From: Escherichia coli
Lineage (GTDB): Bacteria; Pseudomonadota; Gammaproteobacteria; Enterobacterales; Enterobacteriaceae
DNA length: 64,000 nt
Assembly: GCF_001677475.2 (NCBI RefSeq)
Contig: NZ_CP015229.1
Direction: 5' to 3' (one strand)
Shown here: positions 1 through 11,493 of the stretch, in pieces
Layout of the letters: every line of letters starts with the position of its first letter
Numbering within the stretch: the stretch's first letter is position 1
Program-made: the position numbers and the translations under genes
The notes under the pieces: generated by a model
The model's input: the letters and a program-made list of their open reading frames with translations, nothing else
The model's database searches: none
What the model was told of the DNA's origin: nothing

Positions 1-1832
1 AGAACCGCCGCAGCCACAAACGCGGCAACAATCAATCCGACCGGACTGAACAGCGCCCCGATAGCGCCACCCAGCAACGAGATGGAACCTGTTACCATTC
101 CCCATAGTGCTGGCAGCACCCTGACGACATTCATTGATCCGGTCAGGAGAGAAAAACCAAGACGTAACGTGGCCAGTTTCCCGTGAAGCACGCCAATAAC
201 CAGCGACAACGAGCCAATCGTTGCAGTCATTGCCAGCAACGCACCGCCTGCTATCAGTAGCTGGCGCGTCAGTGCCGGATGGGCCTGCGCCAGCGCCGTC
301 ACCCTTGATACCACCCGCGTGAGCCACTGCGTGACAGAACGCAGCGGGCCGTCAATCAGATCTGCAATGCGGATGCGCAACCCTTCCCATGCACTGCCGA
401 GTGATTTCAGATCGCCATCAAGGTTGTTGGCCATAACCTTTGCCGTGCGTTCAGCCTCACCGCGTGCGCCTTCAAGTTCTTTTCTCAGTTTGGGTAAGGA
501 ACCGTCACCTGCCGCATCAACGAGGGCCATAAACGATGTGAAAGCCTCTTCCCCGGCGATGTCCTTAAAGAAGGATACCCGGTCAACTTCCCCGTATTTG
601 CGGGTGGCTTTATAAAGGTCGGCCAGCACATCCTCCATCGGGCGCATTTTGCCGTTCGCGTCAGAAACTGCCACACCAAGCTCTTTCAGCGCCTCTGCTG
701 CTGCCTTTGGCGGTGATGCCAGACGAGCCAGGCTGGCACGCATTGCCGTCCCGGCATCACTCCCTCTGATACCCATATTCGCCAGCACGCCCGCCATCGC
801 TGCGGCCTGCTCCAGCGATATTCCCAGCTTACCCGCCACCGGACCTGCATATTTCATGGTTTCGCCCAGTGCGCGAAGGTCAGTGTTGGTACGGGTAAAC
901 GCTGCGGTGAGTGTGTCACCAACCCGGTCCATCTGGTCAGCAGAAAGGCCGAACTGCGTCAGGATATTTGAGCCAATATCCGCCGTCTCGCCGAGATCCA
1001 TACCGCCAGCCGTTGCCATGCTCAACACGCCGGGAAGCGCAGCCTGAATGGCCTGCGGTGTGAAGCCAGCCATTGCAAGAAATGCCTGTCCACTGGCGGC
1101 ATCGCCTGCGGTGAACTGCGTTTCAGAGCCAAGTTTTAACGCCTGCTCACGCAGCGCCTTAAACTGTGGGCTGTTCTGGTCGATTCGCGTCAGTGCCTGA
1201 ACGCGGGACATCTCTTTCCCGAACCCGATCGCAGGCTGCAAAAAACGCCCGGCAGCATAGCCGCCAGCCGCTGCCGCACCAATTGCCAGCGCACCACCTG
1301 TTTTCAGTTTTCCAGCAGTTTCCTGCGCGCGCGAATACCGCTCACGCGCCCGCGTTACACGCGCAAGCGTCTGCCGTTCGCGTTCAAGCTGGTTGTTGTA
1401 CTGTTCGGTGCGTCTGATGGCCTGCTGGATGGTGTTATCGCTGCCTGTCAGGGAAATGCCGTGGCGTTTCAGCTCTCCGCCAAGCTCCCGCATTTTCTGA
1501 ATTTCCCGTGTGCGCGATTCATTCAGGCGTTCAAGCCGGGTGCTTAACTGCTGCATCAGCTTTTGTTGTTTTTCGCTGAGCACTGTACCCGTGCGTTGTA
1601 ACTGATTAAGGGCGTTAAGCTGGCGTCGTGCTTTCACGATGCCCGCATCCGCTTTACTGACAGCGTCACGGGCGCGCTCAAACGAACGCGCCTGACGCTC
1701 GAGATTTTTGATCGCCCCCTGCGTTCGCTGGATGGAGTCACCAAACTGCCCCATCAGGCGGCGGGCGTTTTCGGCAGGCCGGGTCAGCCTGTCAACGGCG
1801 CTGAAAGCGACCCGGATATCAAGAGTCTTCAT
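1..1832 (-). CDS. Phage tail tape measure protein (P2 gpT-like), 3' end truncated by window edge
   Basis: Open minus-strand frame from ATG at 1832 (alternative ATG 1841) to position 1; translation MQTMKTLDIRVAFSAVDRLTRPAENARRLMGQFGDS... is coiled-coil rich and sits directly downstream of E/E' as in P2. Confidence 0.7.
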   Translation of the reverse strand, partial: MKTLDIRVAFSAVDRLTRPAENARRLMGQFGDSIQRTQGAIKNLERQARSFERARDAVSKADAGIVKARRQLNALNQLQRTGTVLSEKQQKLMQQLSTRLERLNESRTREIQKMRELGGELKRHGISLTGSDNTIQQAIRRTEQYNNQLERERQTLARVTRARERYSRAQETAGKLKTGGALAIGAAAAGGYAAGRFLQPAIGFGKEMSRVQALTRIDQNSPQFKALREQALKLGSETQFTAGDAASGQAFLAMAGFTPQAIQAALPGVLSMATAGGMDLGETADIGSNILTQFGLSADQMDRVGDTLTAAFTRTNTDLRALGETMKYAGPVAGKLGISLEQAAAMAGVLANMGIRGSDAGTAMRASLARLASPPKAAAEALKELGVAVSDANGKMRPMEDVLADLYKATRKYGEVDRVSFFKDIAGEEAFTSFMALVDAAGDGSLPKLRKELEGARGEAERTAKVMANNLDGDLKSLGSAWEGLRIRIADLIDGPLRSVTQWLTRVVSRVTALAQAHPALTRQLLIAGGALLAMTATIGSLSLVIGVLHGKLATLRLGFSLLTGSMNVVRVLPALWGMVTGSISLLGGAIGALFSPVGLIVAAFVAAAV

Positions 1833-2357
1833 TGTCTGCATTCCCGCTGCGAAGTGCCGCCCGCTCACGCCAGCTAACCACTTCGCCGGGCGTCATCATG
1901 AAGATTTCGGCGGGCGACCAGTTAAAAATGGCGGCGATATCTGCCACCAGATCTTCGATGTGCTCAAAGCACACCAGGGTAATTACGCTGCCGTCTCCTG
2001 CACGCTCTTCGCGCCAGAGTCTGGCTCGCTCATAAAATTTACAGCCACAGCGCACAACTGAATAAAATCGCGTGACGACATTTTTTTAATCATCACTTCA
2101 TCCAGTCGTGGCGAGGTCACGCGAGGCAACAGCGTAAACATGGTATCCGCTTTCAGATTCAGCACATCAGACAGCGACAGACCACGCAGGGATCCAGCCT
2201 GCTCAATAGCCCCGGTGATCTCCACATACGTGATTTTTTCGCCACCACGCTCAATTGGTCGGGTCAGTTTTACGCCACGTTCGACAGCCATATCCTCACC
2301 TGCCGTCACATCATCCGCCACGGTGTTATTCCGGGTTTCAGTATCGATGTCTTTCAT
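1819..2357 (-). CDS. Predicted E+E' fusion made by -1 programmed ribosomal frameshift
   Basis: The E' ORF is in the -1 frame relative to E; a candidate slippery heptamer AAATTTT lies at 2034..2040 (minus-strand sense) inside the overlap. Confidence 0.45.
1983..2357 (-). CDS. Phage tail assembly chaperone (P2 gpE-like)
   Basis: 124-aa ORF between the tube gene and the tape measure gene; an overlapping -1 frame ORF (1819..2055) fits the E' extension. Confidence 0.65.
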   Translation of the reverse strand: MKDIDTETRNNTVADDVTAGEDMAVERGVKLTRPIERGGEKITYVEITGAIEQAGSLRGLSLSDVLNLKADTMFTLLPRVTSPRLDEVMIKKMSSRDFIQLCAVAVNFMSEPDSGAKSVQETAA

Positions 2358-2412
2358 CAGTTGTCTCCTTTTCAGTCAGAGGCGACGCACTGCGCCGCCT
2401 GCATATTACTTA

Positions 2413-2925
2413 TCAGCCAAGCCCAAGCGCGGAACGGATACGGTCAGGCACAATGTCCTTGCCGTCCTTCCGGTAGATGTGGTTCAACAGGTCGATTTCC
2501 CACAGCGGGCGATCGTTAACGCTCAGCTTGTAGTAGGTGTTTTTGACAGCGTAAGTGTGTGATGTGGCTTCGCCCTGTTTGGCTTCCCCCATATCAATTT
2601 CCGTCACACGCCCACGCATCTCGATTTCATACAGATCGCTTTCTGCATCGGTGTAGTATTCACCCGCAAAACGCAGCAGCGTGCCGTCAATCGTGCCGCC
2701 ATATTTAAGGAACAGCGCACGAACAGCTCCCCCCATGACAAAACTCGCATCAAGCGCGGAGTCGTCCAGACCGAGATCAATACTTACCGCCCCCATCATG
2801 CCACCACCACGATAGCTGTCGGTTTTGCGCGTCAGTTTGGGCGGCGTGACGGATGTCACTTTACCCACTTCGTTTTCACCATCCACAAACAACGTAAAAA
2901 AGCGAAGATGTTTTGGTACAGCCAT
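2413..2925 (-). CDS. Phage tail tube protein (P2 FII-like)
   Basis: 170-aa ORF; motifs TPPKLTRK, YRGGGMMG, DLGLDD, MRGR, EIDMGE, KQGE resemble P2 FII; its ATG overlaps the FI stop (ATGA). Confidence 0.85.
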   Translation of the reverse strand: MAVPKHLRFFTLFVDGENEVGKVTSVTPPKLTRKTDSYRGGGMMGAVSIDLGLDDSALDASFVMGGAVRALFLKYGGTIDGTLLRFAGEYYTDAESDLYEIEMRGRVTEIDMGEAKQGEATSHTYAVKNTYYKLSVNDRPLWEIDLLNHIYRKDGKDIVPDRIRSALGLG

Positions 2926-4109
2926 CAGGCACCTCCCAGCACCGCAAATGCGGGACCAAAGAATTCATCAGTAAACGTCTGGTAAAGCTCCATGTCTTCC
3001 AGCGGGGGAACAGGCGTATATTTGTAGCGAATACGCACACGTCCCTGACGTAAATTCGTGGTGCCGTTATCCACCACGTCATACCAGCACTCCGCGCCAA
3101 TCAGTTTCCCGGCAGTAACCAGCGAATCCAGTTTTGCCCTGATGGCACTGATAACATCCTTCACGTTCGCAGGCGTCAGTGGACTGTCGATGGTTTCAAA
3201 CTGCGCTTCCGCAATTGAATCAGCCAGCACCTGTGCGGTTCGGGTATACACCTCAAAGATGTAGGCGTTCGTTTCCGGTGTGCGGTTGCCCCAGAAGCGG
3301 AACCCGTTGCGACGAATAATGGTCGTGATTTCTTTGTTGTTGAGGCTGTTGGCATCGCTGTCTTCGGCCTGCAACGACCAGAACACATGCCTCGACATCC
3401 CCAGCACATTTTTAACCGGAACGTTGGACAGTGATTTGTGCCATCCCTGCTCATGGTCAATGTACGCACGAAGGCCGCACGCATAGGCAGGCGCGGGGAA
3501 CGTTTCGTTTTTGCCACTTTTCGGGTTGTAGGCGATGAAGTCTGGCCATAAGAGCATCACCTCACGTTCGTTGAATTTCTGGCGGTAGGTAATTGCCTCG
3601 GCCATCGTGTTACAGCCATGACATGAGGCATACACAAACGCGCGCAGTTTACCCGCAATCACGCACAGGGATTTTGTCACCGCCTCCGTGTCCAGCTCCG
3701 GCGCGGCCAGAATACGCGGACGGTATCCGATGCTTTCATCCTGCTCTGCAACAAGCAGCGCATACATCCCCGTATAGCTGCCGTCAGATTCAGAACCACC
3801 GATAACCAGTTGATCCTGCGTTTTTCCGTCTTCTTCTTTGTGTTCAGCCACGCGAACGACGATCACCTTTGTGCTCACCTGGTCTGCGATGGCCTTAAGC
3901 GCACGATAAAGCGTCCCCGTTGTTCCGCATTTTCCCAGCACGTCATTGACGCGGGTCAGCAGTGTGGGCTTGTTCAGCGGGAACAGCTCCGCGTCCGCAT
4001 CATCTGCCGTTGCCACGATACCGATAACACTGGAATCAACATCATTAATCGCTGTTACCAGGTCGGTACTTTCCGTAACACGGGCACCATGAAAACGAGT
4101 TTCACTCAT
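2925..4109 (-). CDS. Phage contractile tail sheath protein (P2 FI-like)
   Basis: 394-aa ORF; motifs DADAELFPLNKP, AYRQKF, WPDF, DHEQGWHKSLSNV, IRRNGFRFWGNRT, YTRTAQV, YKYTPVPPLE match the P2 FI sheath as I recall it. Confidence 0.9.
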   Translation of the reverse strand: MSETRFHGARVTESTDLVTAINDVDSSVIGIVATADDADAELFPLNKPTLLTRVNDVLGKCGTTGTLYRALKAIADQVSTKVIVVRVAEHKEEDGKTQDQLVIGGSESDGSYTGMYALLVAEQDESIGYRPRILAAPELDTEAVTKSLCVIAGKLRAFVYASCHGCNTMAEAITYRQKFNEREVMLLWPDFIAYNPKSGKNETFPAPAYACGLRAYIDHEQGWHKSLSNVPVKNVLGMSRHVFWSLQAEDSDANSLNNKEITTIIRRNGFRFWGNRTPETNAYIFEVYTRTAQVLADSIAEAQFETIDSPLTPANVKDVISAIRAKLDSLVTAGKLIGAECWYDVVDNGTTNLRQGRVRIRYKYTPVPPLEDMELYQTFTDEFFGPAFAVLGGA

Positions 4110-4266
4110 AGCTTCAGCCCCTTGTATCCGTTAAATGATTCGGCAACAATCATCACCCACCACGCGCGTAATCTCACCCCTGCGCCGTTCTCCCGCCACG
4201 GCGACAACAAAAAGCAGTAATCCCCTCCGCACGCACATGCGACCATGCCGCACAGGGAGGGAACAG

Positions 4267-5376
4267 ATGACCGACACCACCATGCAATTGCTCAGTCAGG
4301 GCACAGACCCCGTGAAAATGCCGGATTTTGATATTCTCGCGGAGGGTAAAACGCTGTCAGGCGTGGCAGAGCGCCTGATGAGCCTGTCACTGACCGACAA
4401 CCGGGGATTTGAGGCGGACCAGCTCACCATCACGCTGGATGATGCGGATGGTCAGTTGCAGCTACCGCCACGGGGCGTGCGCCTGACGGTTCTCATTGGC
4501 TGGAAAGGAGAACCGCTGACAGAAAAAGGCACTTACATTGTTGATGAAATCGCTCACGAAGGACCGCCGGACAGGCTGACTGTTTCAGCCAGAAGCGCAG
4601 ATTTTCGGGATGAATTTAACGTTAAACGTGAGGTGTCCTGGCATGATGTGACCGTTGAGCGTGTGGTATCCGCCATCGCTCATCGGTACGGTCTGAAACC
4701 GCAAATCAGCGAAATGCTGATGGATATCGAAATCGACCACGCCGACCAGACCGAAGAAAGCGACATGTCCTTCCTTACGCGCATGGCGGAAATGCTGGGC
4801 GCAATCACCACGGTAAAAAGCGGCAATCTGTTATTCATCATGCCAGGTGGTGGCGTGAACGCACAGGGCCAGCCGTTGCCATCGTTCGCCATCACACGCA
4901 GCAGCGGCGATCGCCATCAGTTCCGCATTGCTGACCGCGAGGCGTATACGGGGGTGCGCGCCTACTGGCTTGATCTTAACTATGGGAAAAAGAAAAAAGT
5001 CAGCGTGAAACGCCGCAAACCACCCAAACCGAAAAAGGAGAAAAGCAGCAGCCGCGAAGGTGACTATATGGAAGGTGCGGAAGGCAACGTGTTTGTGTTA
5101 CGCAAGACTTATCAGAACGAGCAGGCAGCAAGACGCGCAGCGGCGGCAAAGTGGCAGCAGCTACAACGCGGAGCCGCATCATTTTCCATCACGCTGGCAC
5201 GTGGACGCGCAGAACTCTACCCCGAAATGCATGGCACAGTAACAGGATTTAAAAGCGAGATTGATAATCAGGACTGGATTATTGCAAAAGCCGAGCACAC
5301 CATTGATAACAGCGGCTTTACCACGCAGCTTGAGCTTGAGGCAAAAATCCCGGAATGGATAGCAGAAACAGAGTGA
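4267..5376 (+). CDS. Phage late control / tail protein D (P2 gpD family)
   Basis: ORF track 4135..5376; probable start at ATG 4267 preceded by GGGAGG; motif SLSLTDNRGFEADQLTITLDDADGQL is typical of the Phage_GPD family. Confidence 0.75.
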   Translation: MTDTTMQLLSQGTDPVKMPDFDILAEGKTLSGVAERLMSLSLTDNRGFEADQLTITLDDADGQLQLPPRGVRLTVLIGWKGEPLTEKGTYIVDEIAHEGPPDRLTVSARSADFRDEFNVKREVSWHDVTVERVVSAIAHRYGLKPQISEMLMDIEIDHADQTEESDMSFLTRMAEMLGAITTVKSGNLLFIMPGGGVNAQGQPLPSFAITRSSGDRHQFRIADREAYTGVRAYWLDLNYGKKKKVSVKRRKPPKPKKEKSSSREGDYMEGAEGNVFVLRKTYQNEQAARRAAAAKWQQLQRGAASFSITLARGRAELYPEMHGTVTGFKSEIDNQDWIIAKAEHTIDNSGFTTQLELEAKIPEWIAETE

Positions 5377-5502
5377 ACAACCTCGACGTTTTATTTAATA
5401 TACAAAAGCCTTCTGGACACGGTAAGGCAAGAACAAGGATAGAAGATCCTTTACAGTCAGAGTTACAGGTTATACCTGTAAGCAAAAACAAAGGCATATA
5501 TT

Positions 5503-6261
5503 ATGTTCAGTTTGTTTTCGTTAACTGCCGGAGCAAATGTGCGCTGGCATGATTTACCTGGTCAGGGTATTCCTGTTGTTTTTATTCATGGACTTGGCTG
5601 TTCCTCTTCTTATGAATATCCACGGGTTGTTGCAGATCCTGTATTTGGTGGACAACGAGCGATATTGATAGATCTCCCTGGATATGGATTCAGTGATAAG
5701 CCTAAAGGATTCGATTACAGCATATCCCATCAAGCTAAGGTTGTTATTGAAGTAGTAGAAACCTTAAATCTCTCACAGTTCCATATTTATGGTCACAGTA
5801 TGGGGGGAAGTATTGCGATTGAAGTAGCCAGACAACTACATGAGAGAACAAGAAAGCTTGTGGTTTCTGAGCCTAATTTTCACTCTGGTGGAGGTACCTA
5901 TAGCCGTAAGATAATAGAGAAGCCAGAAGCAGAGTTTATTTCGCATATATATAATGAATTACTGGAGTGTGAAACATCCCCATGGAAAGGTGAACTCCAG
6001 AATGCAGCCCCATGGGCAATATGGCGAGGAGCCAAAAGTCTGGTTGATGGAACCACTCCATCATGGCGAGATATATTCCTTAATCTGTCCTGTTCACGAA
6101 CACTAATTTTTGGCGAACAATCATTGCCAGATAATGATTTCCAGTATATAAAAGAATCAGGAATATCTGTTGCAATAGTGCCAAACGCCGGACACTCCAT
6201 GTCATGGGAAAACCCATCAGCACTGGCCGAAATTTTACACACAGAATTTTATAAAGAGTAA
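5503..6261 (+). CDS. Alpha/beta-fold hydrolase (probable esterase/lipase-type serine hydrolase); AT-rich cargo gene
   Basis: 252-aa ORF; N-terminal VVFIHGLG, nucleophile elbow GHSMGG, C-terminal NAGHSMSW candidate His; codon usage visibly more AT-rich than the flanking phage genes. Confidence 0.6.
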   Translation: MFSLFSLTAGANVRWHDLPGQGIPVVFIHGLGCSSSYEYPRVVADPVFGGQRAILIDLPGYGFSDKPKGFDYSISHQAKVVIEVVETLNLSQFHIYGHSMGGSIAIEVARQLHERTRKLVVSEPNFHSGGGTYSRKIIEKPEAEFISHIYNELLECETSPWKGELQNAAPWAIWRGAKSLVDGTTPSWRDIFLNLSCSRTLIFGEQSLPDNDFQYIKESGISVAIVPNAGHSMSWENPSALAEILHTEFYKE

Positions 6262-6621
6262 AATTGCTCATATATAAATGTTGTTCCATCAGTATCATAT
6301 TATCAAAGGGCAGGAGGTAAATTTATCTTCTGCCATTTCACTCAAATCAGGCGATTTGATAGCACGCATTTTATGAGATGCTTGAAACTTATAAATATAT
6401 AAGAACGTCTTGTTATCAAAATATATAAGCACAGAAAGCAAACACTTTCCCATAATTACTTTGTTAATTTTTTGCCTGATAATAAATGGCATAATAAACA
6501 GTATCAGAGAGTATTTTTATTAATAATTAAACACACATTCCTCAATCTGACATGACTGTTAGTTGGCATATTTACAAATACAATTTAAAATAACGACAGC
6601 AAAACGTTAAGGGAGGTCGCT

Positions 6622-6882
6622 ATGTTCCGTTGTCCGCTTTGTGGCGCATCTGCCCGTATCCGCACCAGTCGTCCAGAAAATGATTCAAACACCGTACGGC
6701 AAAAGTATTACCAATGTAACAACCTGGAATGCGGCGTATGCTTCTCAACACTGGAAGCTTTCCATAAATTCACATCGAAACACGCCTCCGGCGCTCACTC
6801 TTCAGAAAGTATCCCGTGGCATGAACTGCCAGCTTCCCACAGAGGAAACAATCAGATGAGTTTGCCCTTACCTCAAAATTAA
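6622..6882 (+). CDS. Ogr/Delta-family zinc-finger late transcription activator
   Basis: 86-aa ORF MFRCPLCGASARIRTSRP...YYQCNNLECGVCFSTLE; the C-x2-C...C-x4-C pattern and MF-CPLC-RTSR motif match P2 Ogr; RBS AGGGAGG upstream. Confidence 0.75.
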   Translation: MFRCPLCGASARIRTSRPENDSNTVRQKYYQCNNLECGVCFSTLEAFHKFTSKHASGAHSSESIPWHELPASHRGNNQMSLPLPQN

Positions 6883-6942
6883 CAGGCAGAATTGCCGGAG
6901 TAACAAAAAAGCGATAGATTACGCGCGGGTGCCTTTCGGCTG

Positions 6943-7206
6943 ATGGTCGGAGGGAATACCCGAAGGCCAGATGTGGAAAGGCCCCGGAAAACATCTCTGT
7001 TTAACCGAGGCCCTAACCGCATTACCTTGACAAGTGAAAGGTTAGCGCCTCTCCGGAAAAGGAGCAAGTGCTATGTCGCAAAAATCGCTTACAGCCATCA
7101 CGTTCTGCGTGACGGCAATCCTCATCATCTGGATGCTACACGGTTCGCTGTGCGAAATACGGATGAGCTTCTGGGGAGCGGAGTTTGCGGCGTTCTTACA
7201 GTGTAA
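6943..7206 (+). CDS. mok-like overlapping reading frame (translational coupler for hok)
   Basis: 87-aa ORF in a different frame that overlaps almost all of the hok-like ORF, as in hok/mok/sok loci. Confidence 0.35.
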   Translation: MVGGNTRRPDVERPRKTSLFNRGPNRITLTSERLAPLRKRSKCYVAKIAYSHHVLRDGNPHHLDATRFAVRNTDELLGSGVCGVLTV

Positions 7207-7213
7207 GCAGTAA
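7073..7213 (+). CDS. Hok/Gef-family type I toxin (46 aa, single transmembrane helix)
   Basis: Hand translation ATG 7073 to TAA 7211: MSQKSLTAITFCVTAILIIWMLHGSLCEIRMSFWGAEFAAFLQCKQ; hydrophobic N-terminal helix followed by SLCEIR and AAFL motifs; RBS GGAG upstream; too short for the ORF track. Confidence 0.6.
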   Translation: MSQKSLTAITFCVTAILIIWMLHGSLCEIRMSFWGAEFAAFLQCKQ

Positions 7214-7302
7214 GGAAACCGCGACGGGGGAGCAATCCCCCGTCAATCGGTTGCCAGGGTAAGGTCGATAAGGCACCCTATCTCACAGACATGAACAACA
7301 AA

Positions 7303-7335
7303 CCCGCAACGTAAAAACTGCGGGTTTTCTTTTTG
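7303..7335 (+). terminator. Intrinsic terminator downstream of the hok-like locus
   Basis: Inverted repeat cccgca...tgcggg followed by ttttcttttt; an additional perfect hairpin gacggggg-agcaat-cccccgtc lies at 7221..7244. Confidence 0.45.
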
Positions 7336-7482
7336 GTGTCCTCACCGACTTGAAACAGTGATCAGACTATAAGACAAAGCCCACAATGTAGCTGGCTTAC
7401 TCCCCTCCCCCCCCACACTAAATGTGGACACATCGTGGAATGAAGAGATATAAAACATTATAAATCAATTGGTTATTGAAAG

Positions 7483-7508
7483 AAAAAAGGCCGCAGAGCG
7501 GCCTTTTT
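7483..7508 (-). terminator. ihfA intrinsic terminator (hairpin flanked by A/T runs on both sides)
   Basis: aaaaaaggccgcagagcggccttttt immediately downstream of the ihfA stop. Confidence 0.55.
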
Positions 7509-7520
7509 AGTTAGATCAGA

Positions 7521-7820
7521 TTACTCGTCTTTGGGCGAAGCGTTTTCGACCCGGCTTTTTAACTTCTGCCCGGGTCTGAAGGTCACCACGCGCCGTGCTG
7601 TAATGGGAATATCCTCGCCCGTTTTCGGGTTACGTCCCGGGCGTTGATTCTTATCACGCAGATCGAAGTTACCAAAACCAGAGAGTTTCACCTGTTCGCC
7701 GTTTTCCAGAGCGCGACGGATCTCTTCGAAAAACAGTTCAACCAGTTCTTTGGCATCCCGCTTGCTAAGCCCAAGCTTATCAAACAGATATTCTGACATT
7801 TCAGCTTTTGTAAGCGCCAT
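7521..7820 (-). CDS. ihfA: Integration host factor alpha subunit
   Basis: 99-aa [91 protein letters not shown]... Confidence 0.95.
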
Positions 7821-7824
7821 AGGT

Positions 7825-10215
<2,391 letters not shown>

Positions 10216-10226
10216 CTATTCCTGCC

Positions 10227-11252
<1,026 letters not shown>

Positions 11253-11421
11253 TTAGAGCCTATCCCATCAGGCTATTTTACTTGCCATTTTGGTCCCGGG
11301 CAGTGCTCGAAATTCTCACGTACTTAAATACGCTCCGGTTTCTCCGCGCTGGCCGTGTCCAGACTGGCTGCGACAATTACACCTGATGAGACAGGCTTTT
11401 TATTTTTCAAAACGCGCATAC

Positions 11422-11448
11422 AAAAAAAGCCTCCACTGGGAGGCTTTC
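11422..11448 (-). terminator. pheST attenuator terminator
   Basis: Minus-strand hairpin agcctcccagtggaggct followed by a T-run, between pheM and pheS. Confidence 0.6.
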
Positions 11449-11493
11449 AGGCGCTGTTTTCCGTTTCTCTTCTCACGCGCTAGCCTCCTGGAG

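Larger units (their letters stand above)
1..7335. mobile_element. P2-like prophage remnant (tail module, D, ogr, cargo hydrolase, hok/mok locus); left end runs off the window, right boundary approximate
   Basis: Contiguous ORFs whose products match P2 T, E/E', FII, FI, D and Ogr families; the block abuts the ihfA terminator. Confidence 0.7.

Noticed and set aside
4110-4266. Searched the divergent FI/D spacer for a P2 late-promoter dyad (TGT-N12-ACA)
   Set aside because: No element with the correct spacing was found by eye, so no promoter is annotated here.
5355-5552. 65-aa ORF overlapping the end of D and the start of the hydrolase
   Set aside because: It overlaps two better-supported genes and has no RBS; it is likely a chance frame in AT-rich DNA.
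6080-6492. Minus-strand ORFs of 72 and 65 aa in the AT-rich stretch after the hydrolase
   Set aside because: AT-rich DNA yields stop-free frames of this size by chance; one overlaps the hydrolase 3' end; no RBS or conserved motif. A small gene in 6262..6621 is not fully excluded.
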